Shown in pieces: positions 1 through 22,872 of a stretch of DNA of 64,000 nt. The translations under genes and the position numbers were made by a program. How positions within the stretch are numbered: position 1 is the first letter of the stretch; each line of letters begins with the position of its first letter. The notes under the pieces were generated by a model. The model saw only the letters and a list, made by a program, of their open reading frames with translations, did no database searches and was not told the DNA's origin. The stretch comes from Lingula anatina (lineage: Eukaryota > Animalia > Brachiopoda). Where the stretch lies: assembly GCA_051362555.1 (NCBI GenBank), contig CM120640.1, positions 19,592,001 through 19,656,000 of the forward strand. Reading direction: 5' to 3'.

Positions 1-171
1 ACTAGAATAGGTATATCAAACATTTATTATTATTATTACAAAATTATACTTAAATATAACATTTTTTTTCAGTTGTAGAACAAAATCCTTGATGTCTCCA
101 TGTGAACAGTGTAGGCTGTCCTACTTGAGCAGCAGGTAGAGAAGGCACCTGTTGTGTCAGAGCGCCTCGTG

Positions 172-10050
<9,879 letters not shown>

Positions 10051-13000
10051 AGGCTAATAGCAATAGTAAATGCTGAGACTGGACAGTAAGGGGGAATCAC
10101 CTTGTAATTGAATTAAGGGTGACGTACCTGGCACATTTGGGCTGAGGACAAAAGCACTCCTCAGTATTTACTTGAAGACGAAAAACCATTCTCTATGTAA
10201 CTGAGGTTGAAAAGCCTCTTCTTTCAGGATGAAGCACCCTCAATATGGGTGGATGTCAGATTACTGCTCTCTCTAGTACTGTCTGGTATAATTAAAACAT
10301 GGTAAAGGGGAAATTTTCCCTGAAATAACTTCTTCCCACAAGGCACTACTAAACAAATAATGGCACTGAGGCAGTTTTGTAGACATCTTTTTTTTTTGTA
10401 TTATACCAATTGTACCAGCTATGTATAGTTCAGGTAACTTAAGTATATAAATGCATATATGAAGATGCTGCCTTTGGCAGCGTATGTACTGGCCAAGTCC
10501 TGTGTCTACATATGTGCTCCATATAGGTCTGGGGCTCTGTGATGTTAATACTCATCTTCATCAATGTTCAAATCAAGACATTTGGTAGTAGATATGTTTT
10601 TTTGTGTCAGCCTATATAAACAACCCATTATCACGCTGTATTCACAATTACAGACAAACTTCGATTTCACTTCCATCAACACTTGAGCATCCCTGGATTG
10701 CTTTATCATTATTATTATTCTTACATACGCCATTCTAACCTCTTGAATTTACAAGTATACAAAGCAAGCATAATAGATGTTCCTTACTTGAAATTCAATA
10801 TGTGGGTATTTCGACACTAATGATTAATTTTATTGGTGAAATATTATCATACCAGTGTCCACTATAAATTATCTCTTAGCTATAGCAGTAAATTGAATGT
10901 GTATTAGTATGGTATTTGTACAGCTGGTTTATAATATAAATAGCATGTGCAATAAACAAACCCCAGGTAATATGTGATGTAAAAATATGCTGCATTTGAA
11001 ATCATAAAAGGAAAAATGTAGGGGTTATAATTTAGTCAGTTTGCTTGGATATCAAATTATAGCTGGGGGTAATCCAACTTGAAAGCAATTTTCATTTTGG
11101 TCCATGAGTGGTTGTTAAATATTTTAGGAAGTTGATGTTTGCAATATTATAAAGCTGAACATACTGTTAAACAGAAATAACTATTGCCTTACTTAGCCTG
11201 TGACTAGTTTGAAGACGGGTCTGTTTTATATAACTGCTTAGTAATGTTTTCTCTTAAAAGTAGATCATAATATTGTAAAATTTGTCCCAGCTTTTCTGGA
11301 AGCCATCTGCAAAATGAACTAATATAAGTAAATTTAATTACACTATCACCAACTTTCCAAGCAGTTATAGAATAGATTAGAAAAGTCACAGTGTCACATC
11401 TCTTGAATGTTCCTACAACAGTATTATTTCATAAAACAACCCCAAGACCTAAAATGCATTATTCTCGCATCTATGACGCGAAAATGGTCGACTTTAAAAT
11501 TGCAATGTTTGATATATATATGTATGAGAATAAGCACTGGGGGTTGGTTGATGTTTAGAAAATTCAACCTGTACTGTATTATATGAAACAAACTGGGAGA
11601 GATTTCCATATAGAGCAGAACAAACTAACCCGCTGTTTACAGTTAATTCATGGTGCTACTTGCAATCATTTTATATAAACAGCCATTGGTAATAAGGTAT
11701 GGCCTTGTTGGATTGTTAACACGTCTACCTATGTGTGTAGCCAGGACGTTCATTAGTAATAATGATTATAACACGTGTATGATCTGCTCGTTGTAACCAT
11801 CAAGTGGCCTGTAGAAAAGAAGTAGGGGTACTCATGATAGAATGGAGAGAATTATTGGACTTGAATCACGGTAATCAAAATGCCTCTGAAGACAGGAACA
11901 GAGAGGAGACCGTTTGTTTGTTTATTTATTTACTTAATTATTATTTGCTTCAGTTGGGTATTATTTACTGATATGAGATAGATGGTGAAGACTGTATGAT
12001 TAATTAAATAATTGTACAGGTACATGTACAATTCGTTTTAAATATCGTGTAATATAGTGCACTTCTCTGTACATTACATATTTACAGAAGTTTAATACAC
12101 GTAGATCATTAAAAACTGTATTAAACTTGTAGTTATTTAACTTGGGATAAAGTTACATTATTTTGCAATTACATGCAGTAAATATTTAAATAAACCTTGA
12201 AAATAACACTTGCGTATGTTTTTATATATACGTCATAATCTTATTGTAATATTGATTTTTGCATCCCTTTTCTGTGTCAAGAGCAAGCGTTTTTAAGAAT
12301 CAAATGTACAGCGTCACTATTCAAAATTCGTTATATCTATTGATGGGCGTTGGTCCCAAAACGCGATTGGTTCCTTTAAAAAGTACTTGTTGGTGTAGTT
12401 ACAGGCAAACTTCGACTTTGCTAATTCTGTGAGATGGAATAGCTGAAAACACATTTTGTTGCCTTGCTCCTAAAATATCAAAGCATGTACGTGAATTTTA
12501 AAAACACTCATATGGACTGCAATGTAAGTCCTAGTGTGGTAGTTTCAAATTATGTAGGATATGTTTGGTTTCCAATCCACAGCCTCTACGGGAAGTTTTG
12601 ATTTTTTCAGAAGTGAATTTTTGGTCTACTTTCAGTCTAGCTCCTGGTGTGTTTTTTCTTAACCTCGCACGAAAACGAACCATTTACTTCTTAAATGTCT
12701 CACGAAAGAAGTAAACAAAGCACACTTAAACGGTTGTTCAAACTGTTAGTTATCTCAAAATATGATACCCCTCGAATGTTTAAACTAAATGAGTGGACGG
12801 AAACAGACATTTTGTTTTACCCGAGACCTCTCTTATTAATCAATTATCAGGACAATATAACCTGAATGTGAACAAATAAAATAAACTGCCACCTTTCATC
12901 ACAAGAAATCAAATATGAAAATGCATTATCTTGAAATTCAAGACTATTTTGAAAGCATTTAAGTGCTCAGTTTTGAAGAAAGGACGATAACCCTCAGCAT

Positions 13001-13141
13001 GCGGTTGTAGCAAGTTTTGCACGACAACTGCAAACGAATGGCCTTAAAGAGGCAAGTCACCGATAGAACATTAAAAAGAAGAACGGGTTACAAAAGTTCA
13101 GTTTTCAATATGTGTGTGAACAATTTTGCGTAGTTTATAAT

Positions 13142-15096
13142 TTATCCTGTCCCATCTAAGCTATACACAACAGTGTTATTTGTAGTTGTCGTAGATGCTG
13201 ATGCAGCGTCCGTATTACTACCAATTTCCGCAGTTTCCATGGGCTTATCTTGGCCTCCAGTGAGTGGGGTCACAGAACCTGACCTTTTTTTCCTTGCCGC
13301 CAAATTCCAGCGAGTTTTTGCTGTCAGAGGCGCGTCCACGTGGTCTTTTAGGACAGCGAGAGTCGTCTCCTTGCGTTTGGTTGTAAGGTTCCTGCGTTCC
13401 TTAAGTTTTATGTTTGACTGGGCTTGCGTGTAATACAAAGTGAAGTTATTCACTATAATAGGCACCGTAAGAGCAATAAGCAGAACCCCAGACGTTGCGC
13501 AAACTGCTCCAAGAATCTGACCCAAGGTGGATTTTGGAACAGTTTCCCCATAACCGACGGTTGTCATTGTTATTACTGCCCACCAGAATCCAACAAAGAT
13601 TGACTTAATTTGATTTTCGTCATCAGTAAGGCTCGCCCTTTCAATTTCATAAACTATGCATGCAAAAATGATTACCCCAATACCCAAAATGAGAATCAGT
13701 AAGAAAAGTTCATTGATGCTAGAGCGGATCGTAAAAATCAGAATCTTCAAAGCATAGACTTGTTTCATGAGCACAAAACAACGGAAGATACGCAAAACCC
13801 GCCAAAAATAGAGAAAATGGATCCAACCAGATAATGTGGCCGGGTCTGGATGAAAAACAACCAATAGGAAAGCGACGTAGTAGGGGACAATGCAAACCAT
13901 CTCCAGAATGGTGAACGGAGAGCGAAGGAAGCGCAGTTTGTTTGGGCAGGACGCAAATTTCACGCAGAATTCTAAGAAAAAGAATATATTGCAAGCGTGG
14001 TCAACGAAAAGCAGTATTCCAAAAGGCCTTGCATGTGTCATTGCTTTGAGGTCATCCATGCCTGCTACGTATATAGCCTCACTTCCATTTTTGGCTTCAT
14101 AGACACGGAGCGGTTCGTAACTCTCCAGACAGAGGTCAATGATCGAGATGCAGACGACAACGAGTGAAGTTATGGCAAATACCTGAAAAAAGTCAATACG
14201 AAAAAAGTACAGTTGAATGGGTGTTTATTCTCTCTTATGTGATGGCGATAAAAAAGTAAATCATAAAAATGTTGATCAAAATAAATGAACCACCTAACTT
14301 TTCTGACTTGTATGCTTTCGACTTATACTCTTGCGCGCAGAATCACTTGTTGCTCTTTGTTAAATGAAACATTTAGCATATCAAACCACAGTCTTTGACA
14401 CTCTACTTTTAACTGATAACTTAAACCCTACAATTAGGCACTTCTATTAAACAAACGGTGATAGCAAAGCTGCATGTTATCTGTTACATATACCTGCGCG
14501 CCAATTGAAGATCGCGGGTATTCTAGGAATCTCCATATTTCCGGACGAAGGCGCTGCCAAAAGCTTTTGCCAACATCAAAAGATACAACAGACCTCTCTT
14601 CATCCGGCTTGTCGGAGATTTCCTCAAACTTTGCCAGAGCTTCTTTTGTCTCACTGTAAGCATGGTATTCAACCCAGCAACACGGTTCGATATGCTGCTC
14701 GTCAAATTGCCAAAAATCCAACTCATCTCTGATCACCGGGCCGCACAAATTATGGGGAAAATGAAGTTTACCTGTCCGGTAAAAATTCAAGACATAACTG
14801 AAAATCTCCGGGTGACGATCGAAAAAGTATTCCTTTCTTTTTTTAACATTGTTGTTAAAATGGCTTTCACTTTCGCGGCATCTGTGGAGCTCGGCGGCAA
14901 AATCGCCTAGTTTGGTACCTGGCAGACCAAGCAGTGTTTTAATGGTGGTAACATGACGGACACCACCAACGTTGAGAAACACGATGTCCTCATCGTCGCA
15001 GAATTCTCCATCTGGTAAAAAGGTCGAAGAGACACCAGATTCTAGAGACCTTACAGCGTCAAAACTACCATATTCTGCCATTCTGTATTCTGTCAT
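13142..15096 (-). CDS. Voltage-gated K+ channel subunit, Shaw/Kv3 (KCNC)-like, divergent; 2 exons, ~547 aa
   Basis: Exon 1 (15096-14494) encodes T1/BTB: FLNVGG, EYFFDRHP, YRTGKLH and the Zn motif Hx5Cx20CC. Exon 2 (14182-13142) encodes S1-S6, with FWWAVITMTTVGYGE and ALTVPIIVNNF. The GT-AG intron 14493-14183 is phase 0 and the frame is continuous. Confidence 0.93.
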
Positions 15097-16293
15097 TGTT
15101 TTTGTCCATTGTTCAGTTGCTTCAAAAGTAATGTCAACAAACAATATTTAATACAAAAAGTCTTGACCCCAAAAAATTCTGTAAGGGCAGATGCGTCCAC
15201 TCTGCATGTAATGCAGCGACGTCCGTACCGAGTACCTGGTATTGTAGTCTGTGTTGTGGCTGTATTGTCACAGCTGTACCTACATTTCCGTTACCATACC
15301 AATCCAGCATTTGCAGCCGCCGCAACGCAAACATGTCACCAGAATTTCAAAAGGAGGTGTCTTGATTAAACATAAAAATGACAAATAACCGAAAACAACT
15401 TTTGATTCAGAGCGGACCTTTTTTCAACTAAAAGACCGACTCTTTCGATCCCCCCCCCCCTTCCCCCCGAACACTCTTTACCCACGGGTCTATTTCGCTA
15501 AATAAAAGCTAGGCGTGTTGCTTTATAGCTTGGCAAAGGTTAAACACATTGTTTTTAAATCTTTTGAAGTTTTATATTAGAATATAATCATAGCCATGTA
15601 TACTACAGTACGTTTGCATGGGCAAAAGTATGAATGTGCGCGCCACCCTACGTGCAGATAGATAGATAGATGGATGCATAGATAGATAGTGTATTTGTGT
15701 AAATTACTAGGACATAAAGCAATTTTTCATTACTGGATCTTTTCTCAAATGCTATAATGAATTGTAGGGCACTGTATCCTAAATATGTCTTTAAGAGACC
15801 TTGAGATGTCAAGACGTATCCGGGTTAAAATAGCATTTAAGCTTCCCAATCTCAGTAGGTACTACGGACATAGATGATTGAGAACTATCACATCTGTAAG
15901 TTAGACACAGATAGTTGGAGTGCTATCAGCAGCGTGATAGATTGTCAGCAGCGTGATAAACAAGAAGACCTGCAAGTTATATAGGTATATACCGCGTACG
16001 TATATTTAGTGGTCGTTGGTACTATAAGCTTTGGTTTCCAAAACAGGTAAATAAACAAATATATAAGCGAATAAGAAAACAACAATAATATTATATAACA
16101 GACTTCATCCAGTCCCTTAAGAAAGTTTAAATGTCTGCGTTTGCATTGGTCTCAGTAATAAATTCATGAACTAGTCACCATTTAAATGGATGTTGTAAAC
16201 CGGAGACATGCGTTATCTCTTGGATTTCATTGGATATTATACATCAAATTTTACTATATTTTAGAGAAATACGTACATCAATATCAACATCAA

Positions 16294-16803
16294 ATGGCGG
16301 GTCGCAAGATATACCATCTTATAGTTGGATTTGTCTTGTTTAACTTTGTGATGGGTAAGTCATACGATTATGCAAATTGCATGGACACGGATTTCACCTC
16401 TTGTCATATTTTCATCTCTTATGCAGTAATAACCGCAAGTATACTTTCCTTCAGAAAGTTCACCTATAAAATTATCACAGCCACACGTTCTTTGACTTTA
16501 ATTTTAAAAAACCACTTATGTCTGTTGGCTACTTTCCAAAACATTGACTTTCATTGGTACTTTGTCTTCAATTCAAGGGGTGTAAGTGAAACACTTTTAA
16601 TATCTGCAGGTATTTTGATACCATGTGAGGAACCAAACGGTGAACGTGGTCTCCCACTGAAAGACGAGAACGACACTCCAATTTGCTGTGACGTTGATAG
16701 GTGGGAGACCTGCAAAAAGCCCCAGAAGTGTCCTTCTGGCTACTACTGCCAAGTCCCTCAGCACAAACTGTGGGCGTTTTGTTGCCCAAAGTACCATAAT
16801 TAA
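16294..16803 (+). CDS. Small secreted cysteine-rich peptide with one lustrin-type (Lustrin_cystein/WR1-like) module, 84 aa
   Basis: Exon 1 (16294-16354) is a hydrophobic signal peptide, MAGRKIYHLIVGFVLFNFVMG, followed by GTAAGT. Exon 2 (16610-16803, after TCTGCAG) reads ILIPCEEPNGERGLPL..PICC..CKKPQKCPSGYYCQV..WAFCCP with 8 Cys and the CPxGYxC..CCP pattern. Confidence 0.75.
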   Translation: MAGRKIYHLIVGFVLFNFVMGKSYDYANCMDTDFTSCHIFISYAVITASILSFRKFTYKIITATRSLTLILKNHLCLLATFQNIDFHWYFVFNSRGVSETLLISAGILIPCEEPNGERGLPLKDENDTPICCDVDRWETCKKPQKCPSGYYCQVPQHKLWAFCCPKYHN

Positions 16804-17944
16804 CTGACTGCCGTCCGTCATACTTCGGATGATTCCGTTTGATGCAATGAGGTAGAATTGAGATTGACCGAATCAATCAATGATCATTAGTATGGCCTAT
16901 AGTTATTAAAAGTCATGAAGACCTTTCTCGGCTATTCATTTACCTAAACCATATGTACAGACCTCATTTAAAAGGGTATATAATATCTTAAAGAATTCGT
17001 TTATAGATATATTATCATGAAAATGTCTAAACATGAAGGATATTCCAAACATGAGTTAATCGTTGATCGCAAATAAAGCATTAGAAACATTCGCCTTTCG
17101 TGCTCATGAAATATTGCTTTTGGTCCCTTTCTTTTTGTGTGTTCAAAGGCCATGACTTTGTTTTCATTCATCGACATATTAATGCCCTGTTGATCCTCTG
17201 TCGATACTTTGTTCATATTCAAAAGTGTGCAAGTTTTCTTTTTCAAAAATGAAATCGGTAAGATTCGAAAATGCACACTGTCAACGCTTTTTGATGACGG
17301 GGAAAAAATACTGGATATTTACCGATAATACACAACCAACAATGAATTTGTAACGACCAGTATATCTTGAATACAGCACGTAATATTAACATCGTGGTTA
17401 TGTTACACTTAATCCAAATTGTATAAACATCTCTGATCCTGCGAATCATTTGGGTGAATGAGCTCGTGAATGCTTTTCTAAGGTTAGATTTCGATCGGCA
17501 CATTATCTTTGTGACAAACTGAAGATGTTCGGGAAAACTTTTTCACATACACCTTACATTGTGACGCACGTATTTCATAAAATCAGTATTATGCTTTGTT
17601 TTCATTACCAAAAATTTGAAAAAAGGGATAACAGCGATTGATTTAAATAACCATTTTGCAATAATAAACTTTCTTAAAATAAATCAACACCAAGTGCGTC
17701 AAAACAGTATTGAATGGCTTAGTAAGCAAGGTAAAATTAAAAAGCAGTGTATACACATACAGACAAACGCTTAAATGACAGCCACATACAGAAAGTATAT
17801 CCACTTCCGACTCATTTCATACCAAATGGCACAAGATTCTCAGTTTACGCGAGACACAAAATTAAATTCAATGACAGTCTGATTAATAGATGTAACGAAC
17901 AAGATACGTTGTACTTATAGAATGAAATTTAACGAGTCCACAAT

Positions 17945-18227
17945 ATGTAGTGATTGCATGCACACCTGAGGAGAAAAGTCAGGAATCACACGCTCCGTTT
18001 ACCATCTGTTCATCTGAGTTGGGTACTTGACTATATCGATAAAAAATCACAGGAAGAGCGCCATTAGGGACGAAGTCGAAACTTATGCAGTAATCAATTC
18101 ATATTGTTTTTTTCTCAAGTAAAATCTAATCTGCATCCAGGCACTGGTTGTTTGGTGCCTAAATCTCGTTCGGAGGAGGAAAAACACCAGTTTTGAACGT
18201 GGCTTTGATTTGTACACTGCGTCTAAA
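17945..18227 (+). promoter_or_regulatory. Conserved proximal promoter/5'UTR block of the PAN-gene family (also ~22580-22870, ~27165-27455, ~34125-34415)
   Basis: GATTGCATGCACACCT..AAGTCAG(G/A)AATCA..CGAT(A/G)AAA is retained ~200-280 bp upstream of the ATG in all four paralogs. A regulatory role is inferred from position and conservation only. Confidence 0.4.
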
Positions 18228-19576
18228 ATGCGTCTCAGCGCTCCGTTGTTGGGTAAGTGTGATGCACGAACGGTGCACAGATTTGATTTAGAATGCGAGT
18301 TTACTATCAACAAATAGCTGTTTTAACAGTAATCCCTTTTGATGAAATAAGCCATGAGTATCTCATGCGTACATGATCTTAACTAGAAACAGTAAAAGTC
18401 CATTTAGCTTTTTGTCATCGTGAAATTTTTCGTATTTTGTATTTTTTTTTAAATTATTTTTTGTATCTTGTATTTAAATCTCAATTCATCTAGTTTTTGA
18501 TGTCACCATCAAACGACACACTCACAGACAGACATGTAATATTAAAAACCCATTTTATACCTACGTACATATCATCATGCGGGTCCTAAACGGCCGGGTG
18601 TCATTGCTGTATTTTAGTCCCTTTTGCCGTTGTATTGCACTGTGGCACAGTAGTACATGGATGTCGAAAGTTCTGTAAGCTACAAGACTGCACCACAGAT
18701 GGAAACGGTGACCAATTGCTGGAAGTGATCCACGATGCAACTGTGATAGATTGCATGCAAAGGTGTGGACAAGACGAAAGGCAAGTTGGCTTATATCTTT
18801 ACTTACATTTTGCATTGTGTGCCTAAAATGAAAAAAATATATTGTGCAAGAGTTGTAAACAAGCTTCATTCTTTCAAATCAAACCAGACAACTCTGAAAC
18901 AACGATGCTCTTAGGCATTTGGATAGTTTTTTTGTTGATAAGTTCTGTATACATATATACTCAATTGTTGATATAAACCATTCATCGTAAAAAAACAATT
19001 CGATGATGGACGCGCCCAAGAATCCTCTGCTACATATTGCGAAGCTTTTATCTTTAAATCTTGGGAATTTTCACGTTCCCCCAAATCTATCAATACCGGA
19101 CCTCGGCTATACAGATGCATCAATTGCCGTTACGAAAAGTTCTGATGACAAGCGACGTTTTGTGGCTACGGTAACTCATTGATTACATGGGCTGTTGCAA
19201 ACTTTTATTAGTCAGGAAACGGCATTCGGTATTACCGGGTTATTAGCTTAATCAGGAAACGGCATCTGGAATTTACCGCAACGAGCTCTTTGAAAATTCT
19301 CTGTCCAATTACTAATTCATACAATTTCATATAATTTGCCATTATCATTTTGCATTTCTTTTTTTTTTCAGTTGTCAGTCTTTTTCATACAAAAAATCAG
19401 TCAGCAAGTGTAAACTTTACAATGGAGATGTGCTTGCAGAAGGAGCTTGCAGAAGACATAATGAACAATACGCAATTTATTCCGCAGCGGCTTGCAAAAT
19501 CTCCGCAGTATCTCCAGTCACTGAAAGGAACACGGCACAAGGTAAATGTTTATATATGACTTTAATGTAAAATGTT

Positions 19577-19612
<36 letters not shown>

Positions 19613-21309
19613 ATTCCATAATATACAAATTATGACAAATTTATAAATAATTCGGGCAAAACAGAAGGATTGTATATACATAGGCTTAACCGAAAAAACA
19701 ACCATCTATTATCTGGCCTTGTTTTACGACAATGCTTTTTGGCATAACCTAATACACCTAGAGATGTCTCGCACATATGGATTAATAAAAACATTAGCAA
19801 CTACTTGTGGAAAGTTATTTCTAATTGCAGCTGTTTTTTACACAGAAACAAACCACGTGGCTTTCAGACTGTATGCTCTCACATCTTTGTCCACCTTCGT
19901 TTCTCTTTTTCTAAATTATGCGCGGACAGTCTTAGCCTTGTTTTGCTAGTCGGTAATATTGTTGCCAGTGTGAATTTGGGCTAATATTAATTGAACAAAA
20001 TTTAATTTACTACCCTCTGTCGCTCGTACGAGTGATTTACGTTTTTGGGTGTCGGCATTAAAGATATCACTTTCGATGTCTGGTAACCCCTGAAAGTACT
20101 CATATCCTATAGCCTTTTCGTGAAAACACAACTTCCGTATAACATCGAAAGGGTTATTCATCTATGACATTTTTTCTGACATGTGCAAGCTTAGAAATAA
20201 TTTTTGGATGTTATGGACTCCTGCTGATAATGACCCTACTCCGAGTTCTAATTTTACTTAATCGTCGCTCAAGATATTGGCACAACAGCCGGAGCTCAAC
20301 CAGTTATGACCACAAAGGGCACAGTTCAACCAGATACTACAACAACTGCGTCAGCTTATCCCACTGCTGCCACCAATGTAGCTGCTGGAAACTGTTCTGC
20401 CTTCGTCAGGTATGACAAATACGTCACATACGACGGTCCGAGGTCCGTTCACAAATATGATACTGGTGGCATTGGTAAGTGAAATAGTTCTTTTTTTCTC
20501 GAAAGTTTGTGTGATGTACTATGTAATTAGCTTGCTTCGATATTGGATAATCTATACATTTGGAAATTTTGGATATGCAGCTTACTTGAAAGAGCTCATT
20601 GTCAATTTAAAAAAAAGACAATAAAATTTATACGTCTAAATGTTGTATTTTGTTTGTTTTATTGTTCGTTTTTCTCTAAAGGGTATACCGTAGAGAACTG
20701 TCAGACGTTTTGTCTTGCGGAGAACACGTTCTACTGCACCGCAGCGAATCACTTTCGCAGCCATGGTCATGGTCTAGGCTACTGCCAACTTCATGGCTAC
20801 GTTCCCTACGCAGAGAATAATGTAATTTCCTACAGGAAATACTGCACGGATGAGGCTCTAAGTACGTCGTAAGAAAGTATCAACTGTTTTCTTTGTTTTA
20901 GATGGATATTTAATTTTATTCTTTATAAAATCAGATGGCGACCCTGGACTGAAACATATTCCGTATGCTGCATTTTTTCAATGGTTTCAAATATTCTTGC
21001 TTGAGAATGTTTTCTTTCTGGGATCGTATTCTTTTTATCACTGTTTATATAGCATGACAAAGTCTGACAATTTCATGCATAATTTTTTCAGGTTCCTGTT
21101 ACTTAAAAGAATTGGGTGAAAATCTTTCCATAGATCACACACTTCAGTACTCGGTGGGTAACAGTTCTTGTGCCTCGCAGTGCTTTGGCAAAGAACGCTG
21201 CATTGGATACAGCACTTTTACAACGTACGATCTCTGCCGACTTTTCGTCCAAAGAAAATATTTTCTATATTGGGCCACCCTCTCTATTCGCCTCCGCAAA
21301 TGTGGATAA
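18228..21309 (+). CDS. Secreted triple PAN/apple-domain protein with short Thr-rich linker, paralog 1 (~318 aa)
   Basis: Exons 18228-18252, 18618-18780 (GC donor), 19372-19541, 20274-20474, 20682-20861, 21092-21309 sum to 957 nt in frame. Signal peptide MRLSAPLLVPFAVVLHCGTVVHG. PAN cores: DCMQRCGQDESCQSFSY..CKLY, NCQTFCLAENTFYCTA..YCQL, SCASQCFGKERCIGY..LCRL. Confidence 0.85.
19578..19612. repeat. (GATA)n microsatellite in intron 3 of paralog 1; homologous copy at ~24183-24216
   Basis: Direct reading of the AGAT repeats. Confidence 0.9.
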
Positions 21310-21589
21310 AAAGTACCAAGGTTGAAAAAAATTGGACACACGTGTACTATTTTTCACGCGCGAGCGTATAAACAAAGACAAGACACGTATAAACAAAGAC
21401 AAGACATTGATCCTATCAAATTAAAGGTCTTGGTCCTTAGCGAATACAAAATGTGTAATATCCAACACTTCACTTATAACAACCACTAAAAATAGCAACC
21501 AGAATCCAACCAACACGTGTAGACTTAAGGCAATCCGCATATTCTACTTTCACTTTTAGATTATCTCGGTGACAGAGAAGAAATAAAAT

Positions 21590-21843
21590 GATATGGATGG
21601 TAAAAATACTCTTTTGTAACAAACTGCAAATTTACTCACGTGAGATATTTGGATTGACTGTTGGCCATCTTTGTCAGGCGCTGAGTGACACAGATGGCAT
21701 TGTGTCACATAGTCGAGAATATTTGGCGCAACGTCATCTGTGTCACTCACTGATGAAAATGAACGACAGGTCAAGCGAGAGATGTCACGTGAGTAAATAT
21801 GCAGTTTGTTGCATAAGAGTATTTTACCTATTATCATCCACAA
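21590..21843. mobile_element. ~250-bp imperfect palindrome (fold-back/MITE-like); second copy with a partly deleted right arm at ~26160-26390
   Basis: Left arm GGATGGTAAAAATACTCTTTTGTAACAAACTGCAAATTTACTCACGTGA is the near reverse complement of TCACGTGAGTAAATATGCAGTTTGTTGCATAAGAGTATTTTACC..ATCC. The opposite-strand ORFs 21556-21843 and 21588-21875 translate similarly. The segment is absent at the homologous site after paralog 3 (~33500). Confidence 0.7.
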
Positions 21844-22872
21844 AAGTGATGAGCCTTTTTATACGTCTAAGATGATATAGATTACTTTCACTCTATAACT
21901 TTAAAGAGATTTGAATTGGATTTTAATGTACATAAGAATATTATAAGAATATTACAAAAGATTTTTTAGATTTGATCAGATGAGAAAATGTGTACAGTGC
22001 GACTATTTTGTCAACATACAGCCTTTAAAACCTGCGTGATTTGGATTTTTTTTTATTTGAAAAAGATCACGCTTCAAAGAATTTTAAATGAAAATAGTAT
22101 TATTCCATGTGACAATGTGAGGTAATATGAGATTCTATACTTAAATTGTTTTACATAAATACATGCTGTATAAAAACCAGTACGACTTTGCATCTTACTA
22201 TCCAATATGATAATAATAGTATTTCATTTGTCAGAATTGTCAGAATTTTTTATGTTTAACAACATAATTTATCAGTTAGGATTTATTCTTACCCACTTTC
22301 TACTGTATCGGCGAAAAAGCCATGCATTATCTGTACTTTGTCATACAAATTGTCTAGCAGAAAGTATATTTTATTATTGTCTAATGTACACATAGATAAA
22401 TATCATTTAAGAGAGCGTTCATCTTTACGCTCATATTTCATGGTCATTCAAGTCCACTAAGTAGATATTGGACTGAAATTCTCATTATTCGCAAGATACA
22501 AATTTCAATGACATTCTATGAAATTTAGATTAAACTAACAAGACGCGTGGTGATTCCAAGACCAAATCAACACAATTAATGTAGAGATTGCATGCACACC
22601 TGAAGGACAGAAGTCAGAAATCACACGTTCCGCTGATGGCCTTTCATTTGAGTTAGGTCTTTGACTAGATCGATGAAAATCGCAAGAAGATAGCCATAAG
22701 TGGCCGAGGTTGCGACCACTGTTTGTACTTATGCGGTAATCAATTAATTTTGTTCTGTCTCAAGGAAAAGGAAATTTGCATCCAATTACCCGTTGTGTGG
22801 TGCCTAAATTTCGATTGCCGAAAGAAAAACGCCAGTTTTGATCGTGGCTTTAATTTGTACACTGCGTCTAAA

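Noticed and set aside
10051-13141. Short ORFs between TAO and the K+ channel
   Set aside because: No recognisable motifs. The region is best explained as convergent 3' UTRs (AATAAA at ~10951 and ~12189).
15097-15144. ORF-track start of the K+ channel at 15144
   Set aside because: That is a non-ATG start. The first in-frame ATG is at 15096, with a second at 15081.
16186-16803. The 205-aa ORF as a single-exon protein
   Set aside because: Strong GTAAGT/TGCAG sites and a signal peptide starting at 16294 favour the spliced 84-aa model.
18577-18617. Apparent 4-nt frameshift after ATGCGGGTC in paralog 1, suggesting a pseudogene
   Set aside because: This segment is intronic. The modelled start is the conserved mini-exon at 18228 (MRLSAPLL|), which splices to 18618.
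21556-21875. Pair of similar ~95-aa ORFs on opposite strands
   Set aside because: A consequence of the DNA palindrome; no coding signal.
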